Below are positions 36,080-47,924 of a DNA stretch of 64,000 nt, one piece after another. Position numbers and translations under genes: made by a program. The DNA comes from Octopus sinensis (lineage: Eukaryota), in assembly GCF_006345805.1 (NCBI RefSeq), contig NC_043001.1, positions 51,088,001 through 51,152,000 of the forward strand. The letters are read 5' to 3'. How positions within the stretch are numbered: position 1 is the stretch's first letter; the number at the start of each line of letters is the position of its first letter. The notes below the pieces were generated by a model. That model saw nothing but the letters and a program-made list of their open reading frames with translations, was not told the origin of the DNA and searched no databases.

Positions 36080-36860
36080 ACTAGGGCATGCAGTCTGGCC
36101 CCTGGCCCCACTGAGGTTTGTTGGGTGGAGTTTCTGAGTTTTCCACTTGCCCCCATTTTCTGTGAAAAGTGTAGTGTTATATGCTTTGAAATATGGGGAG
36201 TCTGAAAATGAAAATAGTTTTCGCCTTATGATACACCATTTTGAAATAGTTAGTAACACACAAGTAACATACATATAACTCTGGAAATCACCTTCCAATG
36301 ATTTCATCCAGTAGGGGCTATTCAAGCCATCAACTTTGAGAAAAAAGTTGAAATTCTTTTTAAAGTTTGGAAGAAAATTCGACATCCACGAATTCTTGAA
36401 GCTGATTGAGAGAGTATCAAATTAAGTGAATGTCAGTTATGCAGCTTTTCTGTCTTTACTGATATTGACTTATCCCCTAAACCTTTCTTGAAGCCTTTCC
36501 GGCTCATCAACAAATCGCAAAACATGTAACAGTTAAGATTTCATTCAAAGGTCTATAGTCTCACCAAACATAACAGTAACAAATGCTGATTTTTTTCTAT
36601 CAGTGGCTTAATTACACCTTCACTTGTAACAACTGTACAATTAAATGATTTCATTTTGAATATTACTCGAAAGTGATATTCATTTTCATTATCACTTCAA
36701 AGTTGAGAAAATGTGTTCTTATGATGTCAAAGTAACAGACATGGGAAACAGTAAAATTTGTTCAGAATGGGTCATCTTGCCATTCACTCAGACTATTCAT
36801 AATATTTTCAATCAAAATAACGATGACATTCCTTGCTGCCCACTTCAGTTTTGATTTTCA
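36080..36860 (-). mobile_element. Possible decayed hAT-like transposon end
   Basis: Only weak frameshifted resemblance to the hAT dimerisation motif (FS.LK...). Confidence 0.2.
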
Positions 36861-36911
36861 GCTTAAACTTTGATTTCTCTTTACCGAGAATGATAATACA
36901 GCAAGTGTGGG

Positions 36912-37625
36912 TGTGTGGTAAGAAGTTTGCTTCCCAACCACATGGTTCCAGGTCTTCTACTAGTGTTTTCTACTATAGCCTTGGGCTGACTAAAATCTCG
37001 TAGGTGGACTTGATAGAGGGAAACGTGTGGTAAGTAGCTTGCTAACCAACTACATGGTTCCGGGTTCAGTCCCACTGCGTGGCATCTTGGGCAAGTGTCT
37101 TCTGCTATAGCCCCGGGCCAACCAATGCCTTGTGGGTGGATTTGGTAGACGGAAACTGAAAGAAGCCTGTCGTATATATGTATATATATATATGTGTGTG
37201 TGTGTGTATTTGTGTGTCTGTATTTGTTCCCCTAGCATTGCTTGACAACCGATGCTGGTGTGTTTACGTCCCCGTCATTTAGCAGTTTGGCAAAAGAGAC
37301 CGACAGAATAAGTACTGGGCTTACAAAGAATAAGTCCCAGGGTCGATTTGTTCGACTAAAGGTGGTGCTCCAGCATAGCCACAGTCAAATGACTGAAACA
37401 AGTAAAAGAATATCTAATATATATCTTTATATGTATGTGAGTGTTTTTGTGTCTGTGTTTGACTTCCCCCAATGCTTGACAACTGGCATTGGTGTGTTTG
37501 CATACCTATAACTTAGCAGTTTGGAATGAGAGACCAAAAGAATAAGCACCAGGCTTTTAAAAAAGTACTGGGGTAGATTCATTAGACTAAAAATTATTTA
37601 AGGTGGTGCCTCAGCATGGCTACAA
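36912..37625 (+). mobile_element. SINE family A cluster (partial head, full copy and 3' half)
   Basis: Heads at ~36912 and ~37026, tail at ~37405, extra 3' half to ~37625. Confidence 0.8.
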
Positions 37626-37654
37626 TCTACAGTGCCATGTTAGAGTGTCCATTA

Positions 37655-37880
37655 ATGTTATAGTGCCATGTAATAGTGCCCATGCAGTGCCTCGTAAAAG
37701 CACCCAGCACACTCAGTAAAGTGGTTGGCGTTAGGAAGGGCATTCAGCTGTAGGAACCATGCCAGATCAGACTGGAATTTAGTGCATCTCCCCAGCTTGC
37801 CAGCTTTGGTCAAACCGTCCAACATGAACAATGGACAACAACGGACAACATGGACAACAGACATTAAATAATGATGATGA
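37655..37880 (+). mobile_element. RTE 3' UTR copy
   Basis: taaaagcacccagcacactc...ggaagggcattcagctgtag...gacattaaataatgatgatga. Confidence 0.7.
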
Positions 37881-38307
37881 TGTATGTACATGTCAGTATG
37901 TATGAAGACTTGCTATGTTAAAAACACAGCATCTAATGAGGGAACTGTATGTATTTTGGCCTTTTTCAGTGGTGTGTGCTTACAACTATCCATGTGCTCA
38001 AATGAGAATTTGTTGTTTCTGACACAGGAAAAAGTGATTAAAACATTTACTGATGTTGCAAATAGCTGCCTGGCTGATTAAAAATCTAGTATACACATCT
38101 GAGGCAATATTTAATTAAAATAGTCATCTGTGTATCATACTTAATGTATAGACATTGCTGATAGGCCAGATACTACAGTATTTATCCTGATTTAACATCA
38201 CTCATGGACATACTTCTTTGTTGTTATTGTTGTATAGCCACAGTTTAAACCTGACGCAACAGACTCATGAACAAAAACATTTTTTTATTATCACTATTCT
38301 ATCTAAG

Positions 38308-38525
38308 GTGATGAGCTGGCAGAATAGTTAGCACACAGGCCAAAATGTTTTGTGGCGTTTTGTCCATCTTTACATTCTGAGTTCAAATTCCAGTAAGGTC
38401 AACTTTGCTTTTCATCCTTTCTGGGGCTGGTAAAATGAGTACCAGTAGGGCACTGGGGTCAATGTATTCAGCTTAATCTTTCCTCCAAAAATTACTGGCT
38501 TTGTGCCAAAATTTGAAGCCATTAT
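38308..38525 (+). mobile_element. SINE family B head and core with an alternative tail
   Basis: Family B head and core, but ends ggctttgtgccaaaatttgaagccattatta. Confidence 0.7.
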
Positions 38526-38898
38526 TACTATTTCATCTTTTTCCTCCCAGTTATATCTTGTTTGTTGTTTGCTCTGTGTGTGTGTGTGTGTGTGTGTGTG
38601 ATGGTGGTGGTGGTGGTGATGGTGGTGGTTGTGGTGGTGGTGGTGGTGGTGGTAGCAGCAGTGGCTGCAGTAGCAGCAGCTATACTAGTAGCAACAGCAG
38701 CAGTACTTGTAGTATTACCATCATCATTGTTTAGTCCCAGGTCAATCCTAATTAAGTAGAGTTATAATCCAAGACCATCCCAGGTCATCCATCCAACTTT
38801 TTAAAGTATATCAATAACTACATATTCCTTATTCAATACACAAGACTACAACAACAAGTAGATTCATTGGCTGCTTCTTATTTTTCTATTAACAACAG

Positions 38899-39066
38899 AC
38901 ACATGCCCTGAGGGTTCCTATTTCCAGTCATCCACATCTAAATGTACACAATGTAGTGTTGGCTTCTATCAAGACCAGCCTGGAATGTTCCAGTGTGAAA
39001 TTTGCAGACAAGGTAACACAACAAACGAAAAAGGTAGCACCAGTGAGTCAGAATGTGTAATACTTG
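38899..39066 (+). CDS. Host gene exon H: GCC2/GCC3 repeat 2
   Basis: aacaacAG|...|GTaagt, 168 nt, phase 1-1. DTCPEGSYFQSSTSKCTQCSVGFYQDQPGMFQCEICRQGNTTNEKGSTSESECVIL. Confidence 0.92.
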
Positions 39067-39305
39067 GTAAGTTACTATTTTCTCACTTTCATTCTTCTAC
39101 ACATACTTTTATTAGTATTTATTTTATTTTGTAACTTGTTTTAGTCATTGAACTGTTGTTTTAGTCACTGCTATGCTGGGCTGTTTCTCTTTGAAAAGTT
39201 TACTTGATCAAATTAACCTAGTAATTATTTCAGACTATTAGTCCCTTTTTACTGGGCCACTAAGTTACATGGTCATAAATAAGTGAACACCAGTTGTCAA
39301 GCAGG

Positions 39306-39339
<34 letters not shown>

Positions 39340-39420
39340 CGCACACACTCACACAAACACTCAAACACATACACACACAGTCATGTGTATATAATGTACC
39401 TATGTATGCATATATATATA

Positions 39421-40745
39421 TATATACATACATATATGTATAGTTCAAATGTACAGAAAACAAAAGACAAAGACAAGTGAAGGAACAACCAGCAGGTGTA
39501 CTAGTTTGATACTCGGGGGAAAAAATAGAAAAGTCTAACATTTTGAGTTCACGCTCTTTGACAAAAAAAGCATAAGAGGAAAAAATGGAGCGAGAAAATA
39601 TGTGGTTCATATATATATATATATATATACAAATCGATCAACATCAATGGAAATTGCAGCTGTGATACCAGTGCCGGTGGTACGCAAGAGAACCATCCGA
39701 ATGTGGTCGTTGCCAGCGCCACCCCGACTGGCCTTGTGCCGGTGGCACGTAAAAATCACCTTCCGATTGTGGCCGTTGCCAGCCTCGCCTGGCCCCCGTG
39801 CTGGTGGCATGTAAAAAGCACCATCCGATCGTGGCCATTTGCCAGCCTCGTCTGGCACCTGTGCTGGTGGCACGTAAAAAGCACCCACTACACTCACAGA
39901 GTGGTTGGCATTAGGAAGGGCATCCAGCCGTAGAAACATTGCCAGATCAGACTGGGCCTGGTGCAGCCTTCTGGCTTCCCAGACCCCAGTTGAACCGTCC
40001 AACCCATGCTAGCATGGAAAGCGGACGCTAAACGAAGATGATGATGGAGATGATGATATACATATACATATACATATATATATATATATACATACATATA
40101 TGTATAGTTCAAATGTACAGAAAACAAAAGACAAAGACAAGTGAAGGAACAACCAGCAGGTGTACTAGTTTGATACTCGGGGGAAAAAATAGAAAAGTCT
40201 AACATTTTGAGTTCACGCTCTTTGACAAAAAAAGCATAAGAGGAAAAAATGGAGCGAGAAAATATGTGGTTCATATATATATATATATATACAAATCGAT
40301 CAACATCAATGGAAATTGCAGCTGTGATACCAGTGCCGGTGGTACGCAAGAGAACCATCCGAATGTGGTCGTTGCCAGCGCCACCCCGACTGGCCTTGTG
40401 CCGGTGGCACGTAAAAATCACCTTCCGATTGTGGCCGTTGCCAGCCTCGCCTGGCCCCCGTGCTGGTGGCATGTAAAAAGCACCATCCGATCGTGGCCAT
40501 TTGCCAGCCTCGTCTGGCACCTGTGCTGGTGGCACGTAAAAAGCACCCACTACACTCACAGAGTGGTTGGCATTAGGAAGGGCATCCAGCCGTAGAAACA
40601 TTGCCAGATCAGACTGGGCCTGGTGCAGCCTTCTGGCTTCCCAGACCCCAGTTGAACCGTCCAACCCATGCTAGCATGGAAAGCGGACGCTAAACGAAGA
40701 TGATGATGGAGATGATGATATACATATACATATACATATATATAT
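39421..40745. repeat. Near-perfect tandem duplication (2 x ~663 bp) containing an RTE 3' UTR copy
   Basis: gttcaaatgtacag at 39443 and 40107; aaatcgatcaac at 39631 and 40293. The only differences I saw are in microsatellite length. Confidence 0.9.
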
Positions 40746-41348
40746 ATATATCATCATCATCATCATCATCGTTTAGCGTCCGTATATACATATATACATA
40801 TACATATATATATACACACATACATACGCACACACACACATATATGCATATATATATATATATATATATAATATAAATCTTGTTCTGTGTGTGAGTGAGT
40901 GTGTATGTGTGTGTGTGTGTGTGTGTGTAAAAGATTATAATGGCCATATTTTTCAACTAATTTTCTTCAAACTGGGAGCATGTATTACTTATGCTCCAGA
41001 GATGGTTTTAGACTCTTAAAATTTTTCACATAATGTGCAATGGGCTCCCTGGTGGCAGAAAACAGCCATTCCTGGGTTACATGGAGAAAGGAGGTAACTA
41101 TTTGTGAAGTAACTTTCAATAAATTGATTGTCTCCCTTTCATCCATTGGTCATAAAAAAATATTGCTTTTTATATTAGATTCCTGTCTTTGAAAGTTTTT
41201 TTAAATATTTACTTCTGGTTTTCTAGCATCAGTGACATCTATATCTCTCCATCTATATCTATCTTATTTGTCTAACTAGCTATGTCTCTCTCTCTCCCCT
41301 CTCCCTATATCTCACTCACTCTCTATTGTTTCCACTTTCATTTTTCAG

Positions 41349-41393
41349 ATGCTATTGTTTTCACTTTTAAGTTCAATCATTATTGTTTTCATT
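41349..41393 (+). CDS. Candidate 45-nt exon of the host gene
   Basis: Strong acceptor (ttttcatttttcAG) and donor (GTaagt), frame-preserving in phase 1: DAIVFTFKFNHYCFH. No domain support. Confidence 0.35.
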
Positions 41394-41681
41394 GTAAGTT
41401 TTCAATTGCTATTTACAAACAACCATGACAAATTACTGACAGAAAGAAGTTCACAATTACTGATGAAAGTAACTGTTGTTAATGGCTTTTTCTGGTTCTT
41501 TTGGTACTGGCTCTTTAGTTCATTGACAAATTTCGCTTCAACACATACAATCCTTTATTTTCCATAAAAATTTCTTATTTACTTTCTGTCTATCGTATTA
41601 AGAAATATAATTTCTGTTACCCACTTATTTTTATTGTCTACTATCTTCTGCACTCATGTATTTTTGTATAAGTATATACCC

Positions 41682-42290
41682 ATGCCTAGAAGGAAAGTGT
41701 CAAATTTGTCTACTATGTCAAGGTCAGCCAAAAGAATGTCTCTGTCCAGGGAAAGAGAGACAGCTGTAGAAAGGGAAGCATACCCAGAGCATCTCAAAGT
41801 GATGAACAGAGGTATGCACAGCTAACAAGGAATAGGATCTCCACTGCAGAATGAAGAGCAGTTGCAACAGCTCAGAGAAGCAACTTCTATGAAACAGCTT
41901 TCAATTATGTTCCAGATGTTCATTATGCAGATGACACTAGAGTTTCCATTGGTGCAATGACAACTGAGTGCATACATTGTAAATCAAGGAAGTAGCCTGG
42001 AGAGACACCTGTACTGTGCTGCAGTGGTGAAAAGGTTAAACTCCCTGCAATTCCCCAACCTCCAGAGCCATTGAAGAAACTGTTGTCATCAACTGACCAA
42101 GATTCCAAGCACATCCAAAACAAAATTAGACAATACAATGCTGCACTACAGATAACATCATTTGGAGCCACAAAAGATTTAAGTGAGCCAGGATTCATGC
42201 AAACTTTCAAGATCCGAGGTCAGATTTATCATCATACTGGCTCTCTGCTAACTCTGTCAAATGAATTGCCAAAATCGGCCTTTCATTGTT
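41682..42290 (+). mobile_element. Helitron RepHel N-terminal fragment (pseudogenised)
   Basis: MPRRK..., then CIHC...PGETPVLCCSGEKVKLP..PPEPLKKLL...IRQYNAALQITSFG...TFKIRGQIYHHTGSLL, the conserved Helitron N-terminal block. Confidence 0.85.
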
Positions 42291-42489
42291 TATAATCTGT
42301 ACCTGTTTTTTGGTTATGAAATAAGCTGAATTACGTGTATTTACTTTATATACATATATGAGTTGAAAACCTTCTTTTAACATTTCATTTAACGTCTATG
42401 TTCCATGCTGGTATTAAGTTGGAGAGTTATTAATGTAGAAAGTTGGTATCTCAGCAACCAGCAGTTGAGACCTGTGTAATCTAGACAGC

Positions 42490-42540
<51 letters not shown>

Positions 42541-42619
42541 AAAGATGCACACACACACATGTGTGTGTGTATATACAAATATATCTATATCTATCTATCA
42601 ACGTATATATAATATGTGT

Positions 42620-42822
42620 AAGGCAGTGAGCTGGCAAAATCATTAACACACTGGGAAACACTTCATCTATCTTTACATTCTGAGTTCAAATTCCACCAAG
42701 GTCAACTTTGCCTTTCATCCTTTCAGGGTCAATAAGATAAGTACCAGTTGAGCATTGGGGTCAATATAATCAACTTAACCCCTTCCCCAAAACTGCTAGC
42801 CTTGTGCCAAAATTTGAAACCT
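42620..42822 (+). mobile_element. SINE family B head and core with an alternative tail
   Basis: Ends ctagccttgtgccaaaatttgaaacc. Confidence 0.7.
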
Positions 42823-43249
42823 ATATATAATCTGTGTGTTGTGTGTGTGTGTGTGTGTGTGTACATGAACAATTCTCATACAGAAGTGATGAGTTGTACG
42901 GGTACCTCTCATGGCCAAGTTTTATCCCAGACAACAAAACTAGGTGACAACATTGGACGCTGCAGATATCAGCCTAAGTAATAAATATTTTTACCACCAA
43001 AAATTATTGAGTTCTGTCATATTTTGCTATATGTAGTCAGCGATAAGCAACATATTAAGAAACAGAAACCATGTTAGAAAGGGGATATGTGGGTGCCACA
43101 TAGACTCCACAAGTTTCATCACAGGTTACCCATCCAGAAGAGCATAACTTTAAGTAAGAACTGGTACAGGACAGAAGGAAATCTTTCAACTTCTCAAGTA
43201 TTTGTGGCACAGAAATAAACACCCAGTGTATGAGCATGCGTGTTTAAGT

Positions 43250-43287
<38 letters not shown>

Positions 43288-43668
43288 ATGCAAGATCCCA
43301 CTTTGATGAACTGTCCAAACCATGTCAGCAATAAAAGCAGACAGACAGACAGATAGTGGTGGTGGTGGTGATGAGGATGGTGATGATGATGAGGAGGATG
43401 ATGCATTTGATGGGCTTCTGTACAGTTGTCATCTACCTAATTCCACTAGCAGGTTATTGATAGATTCAAGACTGAGAAAATAAACCAATCTTTACTCAAA
43501 ACCATACATTTCATAATTTCCTTATTATTATGTATTATTTTGTTTTAAGGGACATAATTCTTAATGTTAATGAAAGAATTATTTCCCATGGAATCAGAAA
43601 TAAGTCTTCAATTTTTTTTAATATATATTCATATCAGTTTTATTTTGTTTTGTTTTATTTCACTCAAG

Positions 43669-43757
43669 ATGTGTTTGATAAAAGAGTAGAGCATGGAATA
43701 CAATCTAAAGCATTATATGCTTATCTGGCACCACTGGGACCAGATAGTGGTGGATAA
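43669..43757 (+). CDS. Candidate alternative terminal exon
   Basis: Pyrimidine-rich tract + aAG. Phase-1 frame VFDKRVEHGIQSKALYAYLAPLGPDSGG then TAA; AATAAA at 43866. Confidence 0.25.
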
Positions 43758-43899
43758 CTGAATTTTCTGCACATTTTAAATCCCCTTACAACTTTACTCA
43801 TTTACATTTTATATTAATATTCTAAATATAGTAAAAATAGGAGATAAAAGGGGAAATATAAATGAAATAAAACATAAGCTTTATAATAATAATGAAATT

Positions 43900-44280
43900 A
43901 TTGTATACAGTGCTCAGGTGCACCACAACTTGTCAAAAGTGTGTATAAAGTATATGCAGTAATGTACAAATATCTGGAAAGCGAACAATGTATGAGTCAG
44001 ATACATGCTTGTGTGTGTATGGAGGGGAGGAAATCAGGTGTAGTGTTGGCGAATCTCAGAAAGCATGGAAGTTTTGAAGGATGCAGTGCTCCGATAACTA
44101 ACAACTGATGCTGGCAGTTTGTTCCATGCTTCAGCACTCTCTCGCAGCGTGAAAAAATGTTTCCTAAAGTCATGGGAGCTGTGCTGTTTTCTGACTTTAT
44201 AAATATGTCCACGGGTGTTAGACAGGTGGAGTTTGAAAAAGTGCTCAGAGTTATTGTTTGTAAGATGGTTGATAACATTG
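43900..44280. repeat. Unclassified dispersed repeat with an inverted copy at 45865-46135
   Basis: ORF 43997..44278(-) and the start of ORF 45995(+) give near-identical peptides (HQLLV.GALHPSKLPCFLR..NTTPDF). Confidence 0.75.
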
Positions 44281-44552
44281 TGGAGGCATATGGCTACATG
44301 ACTTAGTGGTTAGAGTGTTGGACTCAAGGTTGTAAGATTGTGGTAACTATTCCTGGATTGGGTGATGTGTTGTGTTCATGAGCAAAATACTTCATTTCAT
44401 GTTGCTCTAGTCTGCTCAGCTGGTGAAAATGAGTTGTCCTGTGACAGATGAGCATCCCATCCAGGGAGAAATATATATTTCAGAGAAACCAGGAAACCAG
44501 CCCTACACTCCTTACAGAGTAATGTGGACTAATAATAAGCTTTATTACAGGT

Positions 44553-44960
44553 GTTCTTTTACTTGTTTCAGTCATTTGACTGTGGCCATGCTGGAGCACC
44601 TCCTTGAAGGGTTTTTAGTTGAACAAATTGATCGCAGGATTTATTTCTGAAGCCAAGTACTTATTCTATTTGTCTCTTTTGGCAAACCAGTATGTTGCAG
44701 GGACATAAACACACCAACACTGGTTGTCAAATGGTGATGCGGGAACAAACACAGGCACACACACACATGCACACACACATACACTTACACACACACATAC
44801 ATGATGAGTTTCCTTCAGTTTCTGTCTACCAAATCCACTCACAAGACTTTGGTTGGCCTGGGGCCATAGTAGAAAACACTTGCCCAAGGTGCCACACACT
44901 GGGACTGAACCCAGGACCATGTGGTTGGGAAGCAAGCTTCTTACCACACAGCCACGCCTA
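44553..44960 (-). mobile_element. SINE family A, full length
   Basis: Same consensus as 2158-2529. Confidence 0.8.
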
Positions 44961-46134
44961 CAGCAAAATAAAATATTGTATTTAGTAAGTTGCAAACTTT
45001 CTTTCTTGACAATTAATTAATAAACACAAATTAGCACAAATTCTATTGACTCTGATTAATACCACATTTTCTTTTCTTTTTTTCTGGGTGCCAGTTGCTT
45101 GAGGGTTTTGCTTATTTGAGTACTGGATAAAAGGGAGTTTACTGTCAAGAGAAAGTTTGGTATATCCAGTGATATTAGTGTTCTTCAAGTTTGAATTTCA
45201 GCTATATGAGGCAAACTGAGGTTAGCAGAGTTAGGTACTTTTCTTAGAGGCCCTCTATAATAGGTGTGTTAAGGGTTCAATTGATGACCCTGTGGCTTGT
45301 AGATTTTAACTTCATTATCATTTAACATCTGTTTGCCATGCTGGCATGGGTTGAATGATTTAAAAGACGCTGGCAAGCTAGTGAGCTGTTCCAGGCTTCA
45401 ATTGTCTGTTTTGGCAAAATTTCTACAGCTGCATGCCCTTCCCAATACCAACCACTTTTACAGAGTGTATTGGATGCTTTTCATGTGGCACCAGTACAAA
45501 TATATATTGGTGTTTTGGGGTGATTTTAGTCCCTGTCAGTATATATGAATACAATTATGTGCTCTGACTACAGCATTAGAGCATTTTAGCTCTTATTTCT
45601 AGCAATGTAGGTGTTTATAACAGCCTAGTCATATTTAATGACAATTATAGTTATCCTTTTTGGTAAAACATTGCACACTGCTCTCTATATTAATTTTATA
45701 CACACACACACACACACACACACATACGCACACACACACATACACACACACACATACGTGAAGGCACATGGCTCAGTGGTTAGAGCATCGAGCTTATGAT
45801 CGTGAAGTTATGAGTTTGATTCCTAGACTGGGCTGCATGTTGTGTTCTTGAGCAAGAGACTTTTAACCATCTTACTAACAATAACTCTGAGCACATTTTC
45901 AAACTCCACCTGTCTAACATCCATGGACATGTTTACAAAGTCAGAAAATAGCACAGCTCCCATGACTTTCGGAAACATTTTTTCATGCTAAGAGTTGCTG
46001 AAGTATGGAACAAACTGCCGGCATCAGTTGTTAGTTGTCGGAGCATTGCATCCTTCAAAACTTCCATGCTTCCTGAGACTCACCAACACTACACCTGATT
46101 TTCTCCTCCCCACATACACACACAAGCATGTATC

Positions 46135-47052
46135 TGACACTATATTCCTGGTATGGCAACTTCAGGAGAAATACCTAGCCAAAGATAAACCCCTATACTT
46201 GGCTTTTGTTGACTTGGAGAAAGCCTTTGACAAGGTCCTCCAATCCCTTATCTGGTGGGCAATGTGGAAACTGGGGATTGACAAGTGGTTAATAAGAGTT
46301 ACACTGACCCTGTACAGGGATGTTATTAGTAAGCTAAAGGTTGGCCTTGAGCATGGTAAAGAATTTCAGGTAGAAGTAGAGGTTCACCAAGAATCAGCTC
46401 TCAGTCCCATCTTATTCATCATAACCCTCCAGGCAATAACAGAGGAATTCAAGACAGGTTGCTCCTGAGAGCTCCTCTATACTGATAACTTTGTCTCATA
46501 GTGGAATCACTATCAGAACTAGTGAAGAAATTTCAGGTGTGGAAGCAAGGTTTAGAATTGAAGGACCTTAGAGTCAATGTTGCAAAACCAAAGCCCTAGT
46601 AAGGTGAACACAACACAAACCCCTTCATGTAGATGGCCTTGCTTGATCTGTAGATGCCAATGCCACCTGACTGGCTTCTGTGCTGGTGGCACGCAATAAG
46701 CACCATGCATGTGTGGGTCATTGCCAGTGTCACCTAACTGGCTCCCTGTGCTGGTGGCAACATGGTCGATGCCAGCTCTGCTGCCCTGACTGGCTCCTGT
46801 GCCAGTAGCACATAAAAATACCATGTGAACATGGCCGATGCTAGTGCCACCTGAATAGCTTCCATGCTGGTGGCATGTAAAAAGCACCCGCTACACTCTC
46901 AGAATGGTTGACGTTAGGAAGGGCACCCAGCTGTAGAAACACTGCCAGATCAGATTGGAGCCTGGTGTGGCTTCCTGTTTTGCCAGTCCCCAGTCAAACT
47001 GTCCAACCCATGTCAGCATGGAAAACAGACGTTAAACGATGATGATGATGAT
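46135..47052 (+). mobile_element. Internally deleted RTE LINE: RT core fragment plus 3' UTR
   Basis: QLQEKYLAKDKPLYLAFVDLEKAFDKV...VHQESALSPILF...LLYTD, joined to the minisatellite-bearing 3' UTR ending gacgttaaacgatgatgatgat. Confidence 0.85.
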
Positions 47053-47083
47053 ATATATGTATTGCACCTTCCATTTTGATCTG

Positions 47084-47109
<26 letters not shown>

Positions 47110-47117
<8 letters not shown>

Positions 47118-47385
47118 CGTGATCACCATGACCGACCAGGTTATCAGATGGTCACAATGCACTTCGCATTGTTTTAGCCTGCAAATGATGCCACCCCAAC
47201 AGAAGAAAGAGTGAGAGAAAGTTGTGGCGAAAGAGTACAGCAGGGATCGCCACCACCCCCTGCAGGAGCCTCGTGGAGCTTTAGGTGTTTTTGCTCAATA
47301 AACACTCACAACACCTGGTCTGGGAATCGAAACCGCGATCCTATGACCACGAGTCCGCTGCCCTAACCACTGGGCCATTGCGCTC

Positions 47386-47390
<5 letters not shown>
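47110..47390 (-). mobile_element. tRNA-derived SINE, family D
   Basis: Minus head gtggagcgcaatggcccagtggttagggcagcggactc...ggtttcgattcccagacc with clear A and B boxes but a non-tRNA body. Confidence 0.7.
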
Positions 47391-47419
<29 letters not shown>

Positions 47420-47427
<8 letters not shown>

Positions 47428-47488
47428 ATGTTACATTACTCGGTAGTCAAGATTATCTTGACTACCGAGTAATGTAACATATTGTATA
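47420..47488. repeat. Perfect palindrome (34-bp arms, 1-nt spacer)
   Basis: tatacaatatgttacattactcggtagtcaagat-t-atcttgactaccgagtaatgtaacatattgtata. Confidence 0.97.
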
Positions 47489-47554
47489 GATAAATTTCCT
47501 CTATTTACATAATATTGAGGTCTCTTTCTTTCTTTTGTTATCTTACCGTTTTAT

Positions 47555-47601
<47 letters not shown>

Positions 47602-47626
47602 AATATATATATATAAGTATATATAA

Positions 47627-47705
<79 letters not shown>

Positions 47706-47924
47706 CCATATATCTAAAATAGGATAAAATTTTCAAAATTTTGTCAGTGTCCAGCATATTAAAAAATACCTTTTAAGGTGAAAATTATAGATAACTTATA
47801 AATAAGGGCAAAAGAGAAAATTTCTATGCCAAATATGGCAAGAATAGACTTTAAATGGTCAATAACCACATATAATTCATTGCTTATTTATAAGTTGTTT
47901 ATATGTCCATATATATATATATAT

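Noticed and set aside
39894-40664. 256-aa minus-strand ORF
   Set aside because: Read-through across the tandem duplication of repeat and microsatellite sequence; no domain content.
47330-47390. Possible tRNA gene (also at other SINE heads)
   Set aside because: A and B boxes are present but acceptor stems are incomplete and each continues into a SINE body.
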